This document shows positions 46,249 to 58,559 of a DNA stretch of 64,000 nt, piece by piece. The notes beneath the pieces were generated by a model. That model was not told the DNA's origin. It did no database searches and was given only the letters and a program-made list of their open reading frames with translations. The translations under genes and the position numbers were made by a program. The DNA lies in the NCBI GenBank assembly GCA_030765785.1, contig JAVCCC010000032.1, positions 5,787 through 69,786 of the forward strand, written 5' to 3'. This DNA is from Candidatus Aceula lacicola (lineage in GTDB: Bacteria; Omnitrophota; Gorgyraeia; Zapsychrales; Aceulaceae). Position 1 is the stretch's first letter, and each line of letters opens with the position of its first letter.

Positions 46249-47502
46249 ATGCGATGGTCAAAGTTTTTTATACCAACATTAAAAGAAACACCTGTTGGAA
46301 CAGAAGCAGTTAGTCATCAGCTTTTGTTGCGTGCGGGTCTTGTTCAAATGCTTATTTCTGGCGTGTATTGTTATTTGCCGTTGGGTTTAAAAGTTTTAAG
46401 ACAAATTGAGAAGATCATTAATGAAGAGATGAATGCCGTTGGAGCACGAGAGCTTTTTCTTTCATGTCTTCAGCCGATGGATTTGTGGAAGAAAACAGGG
46501 AGAGATGAAACGTTAAAAGATGTTATGATCAAGTTTAAAGATAAAAAAGGTCGTGCGATGTGCTTAGGCCCTACGCATGAAGAGGTTATTACGGATTTGG
46601 TTAAGAATCATATTCAATCATATAAGCAGCTTCCAGTTGTTTTTTATCAGATTCAGACAAAATTTAGAGATGAAATGAGACCGCGATTTGGGATTGTTCG
46701 AGCTTGTGAATTTATTATGAAAGATGCGTATAGCTTTGATCAAGATAAAGAGGGGCTGCAAAAGAATTATGATTTGATGTATGAGGCATATAAGAAAATA
46801 TTTACGCGTTGTGGACTTGATGTTGTGATTGTTGGTGCAGATTCAGGTGCGATGGGTGGCGATGTTTCGCATGAGTTTATGGTTCCTGCGGAAATAGGGG
46901 AAGATCAGGTTTTTTGTTGTTCTGCTTGCGGTAATGCTTTAGGCATTAATGAAGCAGATGAGAAAACAGTTTGTCCAGCGTGTAAGAAAGAAAAGTTTAA
47001 AAAAACACCTGCAATTGAGATTGGGCATATTTTTCAGCTTGGAACAAAATACAGCAAGGCATTAGACGTTTCTTTTGTTGATGATAAAGGTAAAAAGCAA
47101 ACTGTAATTATGGGTTGTTATGGAATAGGAGTAAGTCGTTTAATTGCAACGATTATTGAGAAAAATAATGATGAGGCTGGTATTATGTGGCCCAAAGAAG
47201 TGACCCCTTTTGATATTGAGATATTACCACTTCAAGTGTCGGATAAAGATGTAATGGGTGCAGCTGAGAAATATTATGAAATATTTATGAAGAATGGCAT
47301 TGACGTTCTTATGGATGATCGAGATGAAAGCCCAGGAAGAAAGTTTAAAGATTCTGATTTAATTGGAATTCCAATTAAAATTGTTATTGGAAAGCGGACA
47401 TTGGCACAGAATAAGGTTGAGATTAAAAATAGGCGAACAGGTGAAACCGTAGAAGTTGGATTAGATGCTGTTCAGCCTAAGATTCAAGAAATGATTGGAT
47501 AA
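46249..47502 (+). CDS. proS: Prolyl-tRNA synthetase, bacterial type, lacking the INS editing domain and carrying a Cys4 insertion
   Basis: 'SHQLLLRAGLVQ', 'LGPTHEEVITDL' and 'YQIQTKFRDE' motifs. Length is 417 aa. Insertion is 'CCSACG..CPACKK'. Confidence 0.8.
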   Translation: MRWSKFFIPTLKETPVGTEAVSHQLLLRAGLVQMLISGVYCYLPLGLKVLRQIEKIINEEMNAVGARELFLSCLQPMDLWKKTGRDETLKDVMIKFKDKKGRAMCLGPTHEEVITDLVKNHIQSYKQLPVVFYQIQTKFRDEMRPRFGIVRACEFIMKDAYSFDQDKEGLQKNYDLMYEAYKKIFTRCGLDVVIVGADSGAMGGDVSHEFMVPAEIGEDQVFCCSACGNALGINEADEKTVCPACKKEKFKKTPAIEIGHIFQLGTKYSKALDVSFVDDKGKKQTVIMGCYGIGVSRLIATIIEKNNDEAGIMWPKEVTPFDIEILPLQVSDKDVMGAAEKYYEIFMKNGIDVLMDDRDESPGRKFKDSDLIGIPIKIVIGKRTLAQNKVEIKNRRTGETVEVGLDAVQPKIQEMIG

Positions 47503-47517
47503 ATATTTATTAGGAGA

Positions 47518-47976
47518 ATGTCGGTGAGTCTTGTTAAAGAAAAAGTCGAGCAAATAGTTAGTCAATTCTTAGAGTCTCGAGGATTTGATCTAATTGAGAT
47601 TAATATGAGTAAGAAAAATAATAGTTTTATGGTTCAAGTTTTAACAGATAAGCCAAAAGGTGGAATCATTGTTGATGAATGCGTTAGGCTTAACCGCGAA
47701 ATTCGAGAGATTTTAGAGAAAGAAAATTTAATAACAGATGATTGTTTTTTTGAAGTCGCATCTCCAGGACTGGATCGGGACATTCAAACAAAAAAAGATT
47801 TTTTACGCGTTGGGGGTCGAGAAATTTCTGTTTATTTAAAAGAAGCCGTTGACGGCAAAATAGAGTATCAAGGAATTATGAAGTCAGTAATGGCAGGTGC
47901 GATTCGCATCATTTGTAATAATGATGAAGTTGTGTTGCCATTTAAAATGATTAACAAAGCAAAGCAAATAATTTGA
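47518..47976 (+). CDS. rimP: Ribosome maturation factor RimP
   Basis: Position upstream of nusA and RimP-like sequence. Confidence 0.7.
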   Translation: MSVSLVKEKVEQIVSQFLESRGFDLIEINMSKKNNSFMVQVLTDKPKGGIIVDECVRLNREIREILEKENLITDDCFFEVASPGLDRDIQTKKDFLRVGGREISVYLKEAVDGKIEYQGIMKSVMAGAIRIICNNDEVVLPFKMINKAKQII

Positions 47977-47992
47977 AGGAAGGAATGTTTTT

Positions 47993-49189
47993 ATGGAAAG
48001 TGAATTATTAGTTATTTTAGATCAAATTGAGCGTGACAAAGGTATTAACAAAGAGATTTTAATCGAGGCTGTTGAGACGGCGGTTGCATCTGCGGCGCGT
48101 AAAGTTTGGACAATCGACAAAGAACAAGAGATTCAGGTCGTTTTAGACCGTTTGACAGGAAAGTTGACAGCTTATGCAGATGGTGAAGAGATTAAATCGA
48201 GGGACTTTGGGCGCATTGCCGCGCAGACGGCGAAACAGGTTGTCATTCAGAAAATTCGTGAGGCAGAAAAGGATGTTATTTATAGTGAGTACTATGCTCG
48301 CATTGGTCAGCTTGTAAACGGAAGCGTGTATCGCATTGACAAGGGAAACATCATTGTCGATTTAGCCAAAACAGAGGGATTTATTCCACGAAGCGAGCAA
48401 TCAAGCAAAGAAGAGTTTAAGCAAGGTGATCGTATTCGTGCTTATGTATTAGATGTTCGTCGAGAAAGCAAGGGGCCTCAAATTGTTTTGTCCCGATCGC
48501 ATCCAAATCTTGTTAAGCGACTTTTTGAGCTAGAAGTTCCTGAAATTTATGATGGAATTGTTGAAGTCAAGGCGATTGCGCGCGATGCTGGGGAGCGAAC
48601 CAAAATTGCCGTTCATTCAAAAGAGGAAAGGGTAGATTGCGTTGGCGCTTGTGTTGGCATGAGGGGATCTCGTGTTAAAAGTATTGTCACTGAACTTCAT
48701 GGTGAGAAAATTGATATTGTTCGACATGCAGAAGACAGGAGAACATATATTCAGGCCGCTCTTTCTCCAGCCGAAATCGTGGAAATGCATTTAAATGCTG
48801 AAGAAAAAAGAGCAGATATTGTTGTTCCGGATGATCAGCTTTCAATTGCAATTGGAAAACACGGACAAAATATTCGTCTTGCTGGTCAACTTCTTGGTTG
48901 GCAGCTAGAAGTTTTTTCTGAAGAGCAGTGGAAAGAGCACTCTGGAAAGTTACCAGAAAAGGCAACAGAGTCTATGGTTAAAGATAAGGGTCCTTCTGTC
49001 GCGGATTTAAGTGGTGTTGGTGACAAAGTCATTATGGCGCTTAACGAAAATAAGCTTTCAACTTTAGAGCAAATTGCTAAAAGTTCTGTTGAGGATTTAT
49101 CTCAGATTAAAGGGCTCGGAAAAGTTAAAGCAGAGAAAATGATCAAAGAAGCAAAGAAACTTATTAAACAAAAAAAGAAAAAAGGATAG
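47993..49189 (+). CDS. nusA: Transcription termination/antitermination factor NusA
   Basis: S1 and tandem KH domains ('VGACVGMRGSRV') and the rimP-nusA-infB context. Confidence 0.9.
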   Translation: MESELLVILDQIERDKGINKEILIEAVETAVASAARKVWTIDKEQEIQVVLDRLTGKLTAYADGEEIKSRDFGRIAAQTAKQVVIQKIREAEKDVIYSEYYARIGQLVNGSVYRIDKGNIIVDLAKTEGFIPRSEQSSKEEFKQGDRIRAYVLDVRRESKGPQIVLSRSHPNLVKRLFELEVPEIYDGIVEVKAIARDAGERTKIAVHSKEERVDCVGACVGMRGSRVKSIVTELHGEKIDIVRHAEDRRTYIQAALSPAEIVEMHLNAEEKRADIVVPDDQLSIAIGKHGQNIRLAGQLLGWQLEVFSEEQWKEHSGKLPEKATESMVKDKGPSVADLSGVGDKVIMALNENKLSTLEQIAKSSVEDLSQIKGLGKVKAEKMIKEAKKLIKQKKKKG

Positions 49190-49201
49190 TGAAAAATTAT
49201 T

Positions 49202-51694
49202 ATGCATGTATCAGAATTAGCGAAAGAATATGGCCTTTCAGTCCAAGATATCTTGGGTGAATTGAAATTTTTAAAATTAAAAGCAAAAGATGGTAAGCAG
49301 GAACTTAGCTCGGCTGCCTTAGCTGTTGTTAAGCGATCTCTTGAGAAAAAAGGAAAGAAGATCGTGCCAAAGCTAAAAGAAGAAAAAAAGGCTGTCGTAA
49401 AGAAAGAAGTACTTGCAAAGGCACCTGTAAAGAAAAAGCTTGCTAAGCCTGATAAAGAAAAGACATCAAAGCCAAAGGCTAAAGAAAAGGCAGCGGCTCC
49501 TGCTAAAGCAAAAGAGGTGAAGAAGGCAGTAAAAAGAGTACAAGCTAAGAAGATTGCTAAAGCAGAATCAAAGCCAGGTGCAAAGAAAGCAGATTCTGTA
49601 AAATCTAAGAAAAAAGTCGTAGAAACAAAAAAGATTAAGGATGTTGCAAGACCGAAAAAGGCTGCACCTTCAAAGACAGTAGACCAAAAAGAAAAAAAGG
49701 TTGTTCCAAAGGCCAAGCAGGCTGAAATTAAGAAAGCGTCTCCAGCGGTCAAGGAAGAGCCTGAGGCAAAAGAGCCTGTGAAAGTGCTAGCTGAAAAATC
49801 TGTCGAAAAAGCTCCTCAGCCTGTTGAGCAGAAAAAGTTTGTTTACAAAAAACCTTTTAGAAGAAAATTTGGACATGGTTCTTCTCGTCGACATTCACAG
49901 AAAGCAAAGGTTGCTGATGTTCCAGATCCATCGCAAGGGTCTAAAAAAGATATCGAGATTGATTTTCCCGTTAGCGTTAAGGATTTGGCTGTTAAATTGC
50001 AGCAGAAATCGAGCATTGTTCTTAAACTTTTGATGCAAAAAGGAGTTTTTGCAACGATTAATCAGACTTTAGATGAAGAAGGTGTCAATAAAGTTTTGGA
50101 GGATTTAAATTTTTCTTATGTTAAGGCAAGAACGCAAGAAGAGCAGCTTCTTGATTTGCATGAAGAAGATAAGCCGGAATCTTTTAAGGGCAGACCTCCG
50201 GTTCTTACATTTATGGGTCATGTTGATCATGGAAAGACATCGCTTCTTGATAAGATTAGAAAAAGCAATATTACTGATAAGGAGCATGGAGGCATTACGC
50301 AACACATGGCAGCGTATTCCGTGAAAACGCCAAAGGGATCAATAACGTTTCTAGATACTCCTGGCCACGCAGCTTTTACTTCGATGCGAGCACGTGGTGC
50401 TCATATTACAGATTTGGTTATTTTGGTTGTTGCTGCAGATGAAGGCATTATGCCTCAGACTGAGGAAGCGATTGATCACGCACGTGCGGCAGGTGTTCCC
50501 ATTGTTGTTGCGATTAATAAAATTGATAAACGTAATGCGGATATTGATAAGGTTAAAAAGCAGCTTGCTGATAGAGATTTAGCTTCAGAAGACTGGGGAG
50601 GAAAGACTACTGCAGTTGGTGTCTCTGCTGAAACAGGAGAGGGTGTCAGTGATTTATTAGAAATGATTATTTTGGAAGCGGAAATGCTCGAGTTAAAAGC
50701 CAATCCAGATCGTCCTGCTTCAGGTATTGTCGTTGAGGCTCATTTAAGTCATGGCAAGGGAGCTATTGCCTCGATTATCGTGCAGGCAGGAACTTTAAGA
50801 GATGGTGACGTTGTTGTTGTTGGTCCATATTTTGGAAAAATTAAGGCTATGCTTGATGATCATGAGCGCCCACTCAAAGAAGCGCCTCCTGCAACGCCAG
50901 CAGAGATTTTAGGTCTTTCCGGTGTTCCAGAGGCAGGTGAAACATTTTACGTTGTCCCGGATGAAAGAAAAGCTAGAGAAATTGCTTCAAAACGAACGGC
51001 AGAGATAAAGAATAAGAAATTGCAGGCATCTCAGAAAATTACCTTGGAAGATTTGTATTCACAAATTCAGCAAGGTAAGATTAAAGATCTTAATATTGTA
51101 ATGAAAGCTGATGTCCAGGGATCTTTAGAGGCTTTAAAAGATTCTTTGGGTAAGCTTTCTAATAATGAGGTTCAGATTAAATTTATTCATACGGGAATTG
51201 GTAATATTAACGCGGCTGATGCTATTTTAGCTGGTGTTTCTAATGCGATTATTGTTGGTTTTCATGTTGATACGGATGCCAAGGCAAAGGAAGAGATTAA
51301 GAAACAAAGCGTTGATCTTAGGCAGTATCGCATTATCTATGACGCTGTTGATGATATTAAAAAGGCGTTATCTGGACTTCTTGAGCCGAAGATTAAGAAA
51401 GTTTTCTTAGGGCGTGTTGAAGTTAGGCAGGTCTTTAAGTTAAGCAAGTCTGGCATTGTTGCTGGCAGCTTTGTTCAGAAGGGAAAAGTTAATCGTAAGG
51501 CAAAAATTACAGTATTGCGTAACGGGCAAGAAGTTTTTTCTGGCGAAATTGATTCTTTAAGGCGTTTCAAAGATGATGTGCGTGAAGTTCGCGAAGGATT
51601 TGAATGTGGCGTTACAATTAAAGGTTTTGATCAGATGCAGGCAGGCGATATGATCGAGGCGTATGAATTAGAAATTATTCAAAGGGAATTATAA
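49202..51694 (+). CDS. infB: Translation initiation factor IF-2 with a K/A-rich N-terminal region
   Basis: 'GHVDHGKTSLLD', 'DTPGHAAF' and 'NKIDK'. Confidence 0.9.
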   Translation: MHVSELAKEYGLSVQDILGELKFLKLKAKDGKQELSSAALAVVKRSLEKKGKKIVPKLKEEKKAVVKKEVLAKAPVKKKLAKPDKEKTSKPKAKEKAAAPAKAKEVKKAVKRVQAKKIAKAESKPGAKKADSVKSKKKVVETKKIKDVARPKKAAPSKTVDQKEKKVVPKAKQAEIKKASPAVKEEPEAKEPVKVLAEKSVEKAPQPVEQKKFVYKKPFRRKFGHGSSRRHSQKAKVADVPDPSQGSKKDIEIDFPVSVKDLAVKLQQKSSIVLKLLMQKGVFATINQTLDEEGVNKVLEDLNFSYVKARTQEEQLLDLHEEDKPESFKGRPPVLTFMGHVDHGKTSLLDKIRKSNITDKEHGGITQHMAAYSVKTPKGSITFLDTPGHAAFTSMRARGAHITDLVILVVAADEGIMPQTEEAIDHARAAGVPIVVAINKIDKRNADIDKVKKQLADRDLASEDWGGKTTAVGVSAETGEGVSDLLEMIILEAEMLELKANPDRPASGIVVEAHLSHGKGAIASIIVQAGTLRDGDVVVVGPYFGKIKAMLDDHERPLKEAPPATPAEILGLSGVPEAGETFYVVPDERKAREIASKRTAEIKNKKLQASQKITLEDLYSQIQQGKIKDLNIVMKADVQGSLEALKDSLGKLSNNEVQIKFIHTGIGNINAADAILAGVSNAIIVGFHVDTDAKAKEEIKKQSVDLRQYRIIYDAVDDIKKALSGLLEPKIKKVFLGRVEVRQVFKLSKSGIVAGSFVQKGKVNRKAKITVLRNGQEVFSGEIDSLRRFKDDVREVREGFECGVTIKGFDQMQAGDMIEAYELEIIQREL

Positions 51695-51720
51695 AAAATA
51701 GTTTTCAAAAGAGGATTTTT

Positions 51721-52707
51721 ATGAAAAAGAAAACAATTTTTAGCGGAATGCGTCCAACAGGAAAGCTTCATTTAGGGCACCTGGTCGGAGCGCTTCATAA
51801 TTGGGCAGAGCTTCAGAAAGAATATAAATGTATTTTCGGCATTGTTGATTGGCATGCACTTATGGGCGAGTATGAGAATAGTGGATCAATTAAAGAAGAT
51901 ATTTTGGATATGGCGATTGATTGGTTGTCTTGTGGAATTGATCCTAAGGAGTCAATCATTTTTGTTCAGTCGGATGTTCCTGAGCATCTTGAGCTTCAGA
52001 TGTTCTTTTCTTGTTTTACTCCATTAGGATGGCTTGAGCGAAATCCAACATACAAAGAGCAGCTGCGTGAAATTAAAACACGTGACCTTCATACGTATGG
52101 CTTCTTGGGATATCCTGTCTTGCAGGCAGCGGATATTTTACTTTATAAAGCACAGGCTGTTCCAATCGGAGAAGATCAATTGCCACATATTGAGTTAACA
52201 AGGGAGATTTCTCGTCGGTTTAATCGTCTCTATAAGACGGATATTTTTGCGGATTGCAAGGCGATTTTGACAAAGACGCCACGACTGCTTGGACTTGATG
52301 GCCGAAAGATGAGTAAAAGTTATAATAATACAATTAATCTTTCAGACCCAAAAGAGGTTGTTGAGAAAAAAGTGAGTACGATGTTTACAGATCCAAAACG
52401 TCTTAGATTAAATGATCCAGGACATCCTGATGTTTGTAATGTTTTTAGCTATTATTCTGTTTTTGCTTCTAATAAAAAGGATGAGGTTTGCACGTGGTGT
52501 ACAAAAGCAGAAAAAGGATGCACAGATTGTAAAAAGATTTTATCGCAAGAAATTCTTAAGACACTTGCGCCGATTCAAGAAAAAAGAGCGGTATTTCTTA
52601 AAGATAAAAATAAGGTTTTAGATATTTTGGAACAGGGCGCTAAAGATGCTAGAGTTCTTGCCCAAAAGACAATGGCCGAAGTTAAAGAAAAGGTTTTTGG
52701 AAAATAA
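51721..52707 (+). CDS. trpS: Tryptophanyl-tRNA synthetase
   Basis: 'SGMRPTGKLHLGH' and 'KMSKS'. Confidence 0.9.
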   Translation: MKKKTIFSGMRPTGKLHLGHLVGALHNWAELQKEYKCIFGIVDWHALMGEYENSGSIKEDILDMAIDWLSCGIDPKESIIFVQSDVPEHLELQMFFSCFTPLGWLERNPTYKEQLREIKTRDLHTYGFLGYPVLQAADILLYKAQAVPIGEDQLPHIELTREISRRFNRLYKTDIFADCKAILTKTPRLLGLDGRKMSKSYNNTINLSDPKEVVEKKVSTMFTDPKRLRLNDPGHPDVCNVFSYYSVFASNKKDEVCTWCTKAEKGCTDCKKILSQEILKTLAPIQEKRAVFLKDKNKVLDILEQGAKDARVLAQKTMAEVKEKVFGK

Positions 52708-53555
52708 TGAGTTATCGTATTAAATTAGAAGTTTTTGAAGGCCCTCTTGATTTGTTGCTTTATTTAATTAAAAGAGATGAGCTTAACATTTATGATATCC
52801 CGATTGCTCAGATTACAGATCAGTATTTAGGATATCTTGATATGATGCAGCTTTTGGATTTAGATGTCGTCGGTGATTTTCTTGTTATGGCTGCAACTTT
52901 GATGCAAATTAAATCTAAGATGCTTTTGCCTCCGGATCCAACAGAAGAAGAGCAAGAGCCAGAAGATCCTAGAGATGAGCTTGTGCGTCGGTTACTTGAG
53001 TATAAAAAATTTAAAGAAGCCGCGGAAACATTGCATGAAAAAGCGCTTGTGCGTCAGGATTTCTTTCCTCGTGCTGTAGATGAAGAAAAAGTTAAGGAAA
53101 TGAAGGATGATGCAACGGAAGTTTACTTTGAAGCAAATTTGTTTGATTTGATTTCAGCATTTTCGAATGCGCTTAAGAATATTCCTAAAGATGTTTTTTA
53201 TGAAGTGATTAAAGAGGAATTTACGGTTGAACAAAAAATTCACGATATCCTCCACTTGTTTATGAATAAAACAAAAGTTCTTTTGGGCGAGTTATTTGAA
53301 AGAGCGCGGAGTAAAGATGAAATTATTGTTACATTTATGGCGATTTTAGAGTTAATTCGTTTGCGAGAAGTTGTTGCAATGCAAAAAGGTGTTTTTGGAG
53401 AGATTGAAGTTATGCGAAATCGTGAGAATTTAGCTCCTATCGAAGAGCAGACGGAACAGGTGGAAGAAGAAATATCTGAGCAACAGAACAATGGTCAAGA
53501 TGCTGAAGAAAATCAGACCCAGGAAGATTCATGTCAGACGAGCGAAGAAAGTTAG
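52707..53555 (+). CDS. scpA: Segregation and condensation protein A
   Basis: 'FEGPLDLLLYLI' plus an acidic C-terminus. Confidence 0.75.
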   Translation: MSYRIKLEVFEGPLDLLLYLIKRDELNIYDIPIAQITDQYLGYLDMMQLLDLDVVGDFLVMAATLMQIKSKMLLPPDPTEEEQEPEDPRDELVRRLLEYKKFKEAAETLHEKALVRQDFFPRAVDEEKVKEMKDDATEVYFEANLFDLISAFSNALKNIPKDVFYEVIKEEFTVEQKIHDILHLFMNKTKVLLGELFERARSKDEIIVTFMAILELIRLREVVAMQKGVFGEIEVMRNRENLAPIEEQTEQVEEEISEQQNNGQDAEENQTQEDSCQTSEES

Positions 53556-54556
53556 TTTTAAACAACGAGACAGAAGAAGATGCGGTTGTTAGCCTATCTC
53601 TTAGACCCTCAAAGCTTGAAGATTTTGTTGGTCAAAAAGATTTAGTCGAAAGCCTTCGTGTTTCGCTCCAAGCAGCAAGACAGCGAGGAGAGCCTATTGA
53701 GCATATACTTTTTTCTGGACCGCCCGGACTAGGTAAGACATCACTTTCGTATATTATTGCGCATGAAATGAATTCTCGGGTTACTGTCACATCGGGCCCT
53801 GCGATTGATCGTGCTGGTGACTTTATTGGGATTTTGACAAATCTTGAAGAAGGAGACATTCTTTTTATTGATGAGATTCATCGCCTTTCAAAGGCAGTTG
53901 AAGAATTTCTGTATCCAGCGATGGAAAGTTTTCAAATTGATTTTGTTGTCGATAAGGGACCGTATGCTAAAACAATCAAATTTAATTTAAAGCCATTTAC
54001 ACTTATCGGCGCAACGACGCGCAGCGGACTTTTAGCGTCTCCTTTACGAGATAGGTTTGGCATATTTCATCATTTGGATTTTTATGGCATTGACGATTTG
54101 GCACAAATCATTATTAATTCATCTAAGAAACTAAATCTTCAGATTGATTCTGCCGCAGCCTCGGAGATTGCGAAAAGATCGCGGGGGACACCTCGTATCG
54201 CCAATCGACTTTTGCGTCGAGTTCGTGACTATGCACAAGTTAAAACAGATTCTGGACAAATTACCTCTGACATTGTTCAAAAAGCAATGGCAACATTGGG
54301 CATAGATCGGGAAGGTTTAGATGAAACAGATCGAAAGCTTTTAAATGTTATCTTAACGCATTATAAAGGGGGGCCGGCTGGCGTTGAGGCGATTGCCGCA
54401 ACGCTAAATGAAGAAGTCGATACGATTGTCGATGTGGTCGAACCTTTTTTGCTCAAAAAAGGATTTTTAAAGCGAACGCAAAGAGGTCGCGAGCTTACCG
54501 AAAAGACACTTAAACATTTAGGGTCTTCCTTTTCTCAAGAAAACGATCAAAAATAA
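53531..54556 (+). CDS. ruvB: Holliday junction branch migration helicase
   Basis: 'GPPGLGKTSL' and 'DEIHRL'. Confidence 0.9.
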   Translation: MSDERRKLVLNNETEEDAVVSLSLRPSKLEDFVGQKDLVESLRVSLQAARQRGEPIEHILFSGPPGLGKTSLSYIIAHEMNSRVTVTSGPAIDRAGDFIGILTNLEEGDILFIDEIHRLSKAVEEFLYPAMESFQIDFVVDKGPYAKTIKFNLKPFTLIGATTRSGLLASPLRDRFGIFHHLDFYGIDDLAQIIINSSKKLNLQIDSAAASEIAKRSRGTPRIANRLLRRVRDYAQVKTDSGQITSDIVQKAMATLGIDREGLDETDRKLLNVILTHYKGGPAGVEAIAATLNEEVDTIVDVVEPFLLKKGFLKRTQRGRELTEKTLKHLGSSFSQENDQK

Positions 54557-54578
54557 CTCTTTTAATATTTCATTTCAG

Positions 54579-55736
54579 ATGATCAAAAGATTCCTTATAC
54601 TTTTTTCTATAGTTTGCCTTTGCTTAGGATGTAGCATTTCAAGCCAATTGGTTTTAGATGACTTAACGCCAAGGCAGATTGTTCGCGTGGCTGTTTTGGA
54701 TGACGTTAAGGAATTTTCTTTAAAAGTTAAAGGACCTTTTAGTGTTCTCGATTTTTCTAAGAATTTAGTCTTAATAGAAGATGAAGGCCTAGTAGCTTCG
54801 ATCGTTCGTGCAAAGGATACTGATATCCAGATTGGGAATAATTACTATGACGCTTATCATTTAAGAATAACGCCTTATTATGATGCGAGTATTTATGTTA
54901 ATGGATTGCGTTTTAGAGGGCGCGTTGATATTGTTCTAAACAAGGATGACCTTTTAACAGTCGTCAATGTTATTAGCTTAGAAAAGTATATCAAAGGTGT
55001 CTTGTATCGAGAAATTTCTGATCGCTGGCCTCTTGAGGCAATTAAGGCTCAGGCCGTTGCCGCTCGAACATATGCTGTTTATATTAAGGAGAGAAGTAAG
55101 GATCAATCTTATGATTTGAGAAGCGATATCTATTCCCAGGTTTACGGAGGAAAGAACGCAGAGCGATATCGAACAAATTTGGCTGTTGATCGAACAAAAG
55201 GTTTAATTTTAAAATATAATGGTATGGTTTTGCCAGCTTATTATCATGCGACATGTGCAGGTAAGACAGAAGATGCTAAATTATTATGGGACCATGACAT
55301 CGCTCCTCTTAGAGGAGTAACGTGTAATTTTTGTAAGAAATCTCCGCATTATTTCTGGAAGAGAAATGTTCAGCTTAAAGATATTCAAGATAAACTTAAT
55401 GAGAACGGATATGATTTATGGCTTATTGAGGAGATTCAAGTTGTTGATCGCAATGAGAGTGGACGAATTAACATATTAAAGATTGTTACGCGTGATAATA
55501 AAGAAATTATTATATCCGGAAAAGATTTTCGTCAGATTATTGGTCCGAATTTAATTAAGAGTAATAATTACGTTGTTGATATGCAAGGGTATTATGTTGA
55601 TTTTTTAGGCAAAGGGTGGGGTCATGGTGTGGGCTTATGCCAGTGGGGCGCAAACTTCATGGCTCGTGATTCTTATCGATTTGACAAGATTCTTGGATAT
55701 TATTATCCCGGCGCGAAGATGGTTGAGTATAAATAG
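54579..55736 (+). CDS. SpoIID/LytB-domain protein
   Basis: 'EKYIKGVLYREI..EAIKAQAVAARTYAV'. Confidence 0.7.
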   Translation: MIKRFLILFSIVCLCLGCSISSQLVLDDLTPRQIVRVAVLDDVKEFSLKVKGPFSVLDFSKNLVLIEDEGLVASIVRAKDTDIQIGNNYYDAYHLRITPYYDASIYVNGLRFRGRVDIVLNKDDLLTVVNVISLEKYIKGVLYREISDRWPLEAIKAQAVAARTYAVYIKERSKDQSYDLRSDIYSQVYGGKNAERYRTNLAVDRTKGLILKYNGMVLPAYYHATCAGKTEDAKLLWDHDIAPLRGVTCNFCKKSPHYFWKRNVQLKDIQDKLNENGYDLWLIEEIQVVDRNESGRINILKIVTRDNKEIIISGKDFRQIIGPNLIKSNNYVVDMQGYYVDFLGKGWGHGVGLCQWGANFMARDSYRFDKILGYYYPGAKMVEYK

Positions 55737-55739
55737 TGT

Positions 55740-56750
55740 ATGCGATTAGATGATTTTGATTACGATCTTTCTGAAAAGTTAATTGCGCAATATCCGCTTA
55801 AAAAACGAGATCATGCAAAATTAATGATTGTTAATCGCAAGACACTAGAAATTACTCATGATTACTTCTTTAATTTAAATCGATATTTACCTCAAAAAAG
55901 TATTTTGGTCTTAAACGATAGCAAGGTTGTACCAGCGAGGCTCTTTGGTAAAAAAGAATTTGGAGGCAGAGAGGTAGAAGTATTTCTCTTGAAAAAGCTT
56001 CCAGATGGATATTGTTACGAAACATTAATGCGTCCATTGAAGAAAATTAAAGATAATGAAAAGATTTTTTTTAATGACACAACATTGTACGCTAAGCTTG
56101 TTGATCGAGAAAAGATGATTGTTCGATTTAATCGAAAAGATGTGATGTCTCATTTAAGCAAGATAGGACACATTCCGTTACCGCCTTACATCAAAAGGGC
56201 AGATGAAAAATCTGATCATGTTGACTATCAAACAGTTTATGCAAGGACGCAGGGATCGGTTGCAGCTCCGACGGCAGGATTACATTTTACAAAGACTCTT
56301 TTGACTAGAATTAAGAAACTTGGTCATTTGATTAAGAAAGTAACTTTGCATGTGAATTATGGTACATTTCGTCCTGTTGAGGAGAAAGATATTGTATCGC
56401 ATAAAATGCACAAAGAAGATTTTTCAGCTTTAAAAGGAACCTGGGATTCTATTTTAAAAGCCAAAAAGAATAGTCAAAAGGTTGTTGCTGTTGGAACCAC
56501 GAGTTGTCGTGTTCTTGAAACAATTGCAAGAACAAAAAAGCTTAAAGGCGCATCCGATCTTTTTATTTATCCAGGATTTAAGTTTCGTGTTGTAGATGCA
56601 CTTTTAACAAATTTTCATCTTCCTAAAAGCACGTTGTTAATGCTTGTTTGTGGATTTGCAACGCGTGATTTGATTATGAATGCATACAGCGAAGCGATAA
56701 AGAAAAAGTATCGATTTTATAGTTATGGTGATTGCATGCTTATTATTTAA
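55740..56750 (+). CDS. queA: S-adenosylmethionine:tRNA ribosyltransferase-isomerase
   Basis: Family-level match to QueA. Confidence 0.8.
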   Translation: MRLDDFDYDLSEKLIAQYPLKKRDHAKLMIVNRKTLEITHDYFFNLNRYLPQKSILVLNDSKVVPARLFGKKEFGGREVEVFLLKKLPDGYCYETLMRPLKKIKDNEKIFFNDTTLYAKLVDREKMIVRFNRKDVMSHLSKIGHIPLPPYIKRADEKSDHVDYQTVYARTQGSVAAPTAGLHFTKTLLTRIKKLGHLIKKVTLHVNYGTFRPVEEKDIVSHKMHKEDFSALKGTWDSILKAKKNSQKVVAVGTTSCRVLETIARTKKLKGASDLFIYPGFKFRVVDALLTNFHLPKSTLLMLVCGFATRDLIMNAYSEAIKKKYRFYSYGDCMLII

Positions 56751-58531
<1,781 letters not shown>

Positions 58532-58559
58532 GAAAAATAAAGCTATTTTTAAGGGGGTT

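Noticed and set aside
49102-49752. 216-aa minus-strand ORF rich in A, F, S and T
   Set aside because: It is antisense to the K/A/E-rich low-complexity N-terminal region of infB. The compositional mirror image gives a long stop-free frame and there is no independent coding evidence.
49320-49800. Lys/Ala-rich quasi-repeats (KAKEK, AKKA, KKAV) in the IF-2 N-terminus considered as a novel repeat element
   Set aside because: A variable K/A-rich N-terminal extension is typical of bacterial IF-2. It is protein low complexity, not a DNA repeat element.
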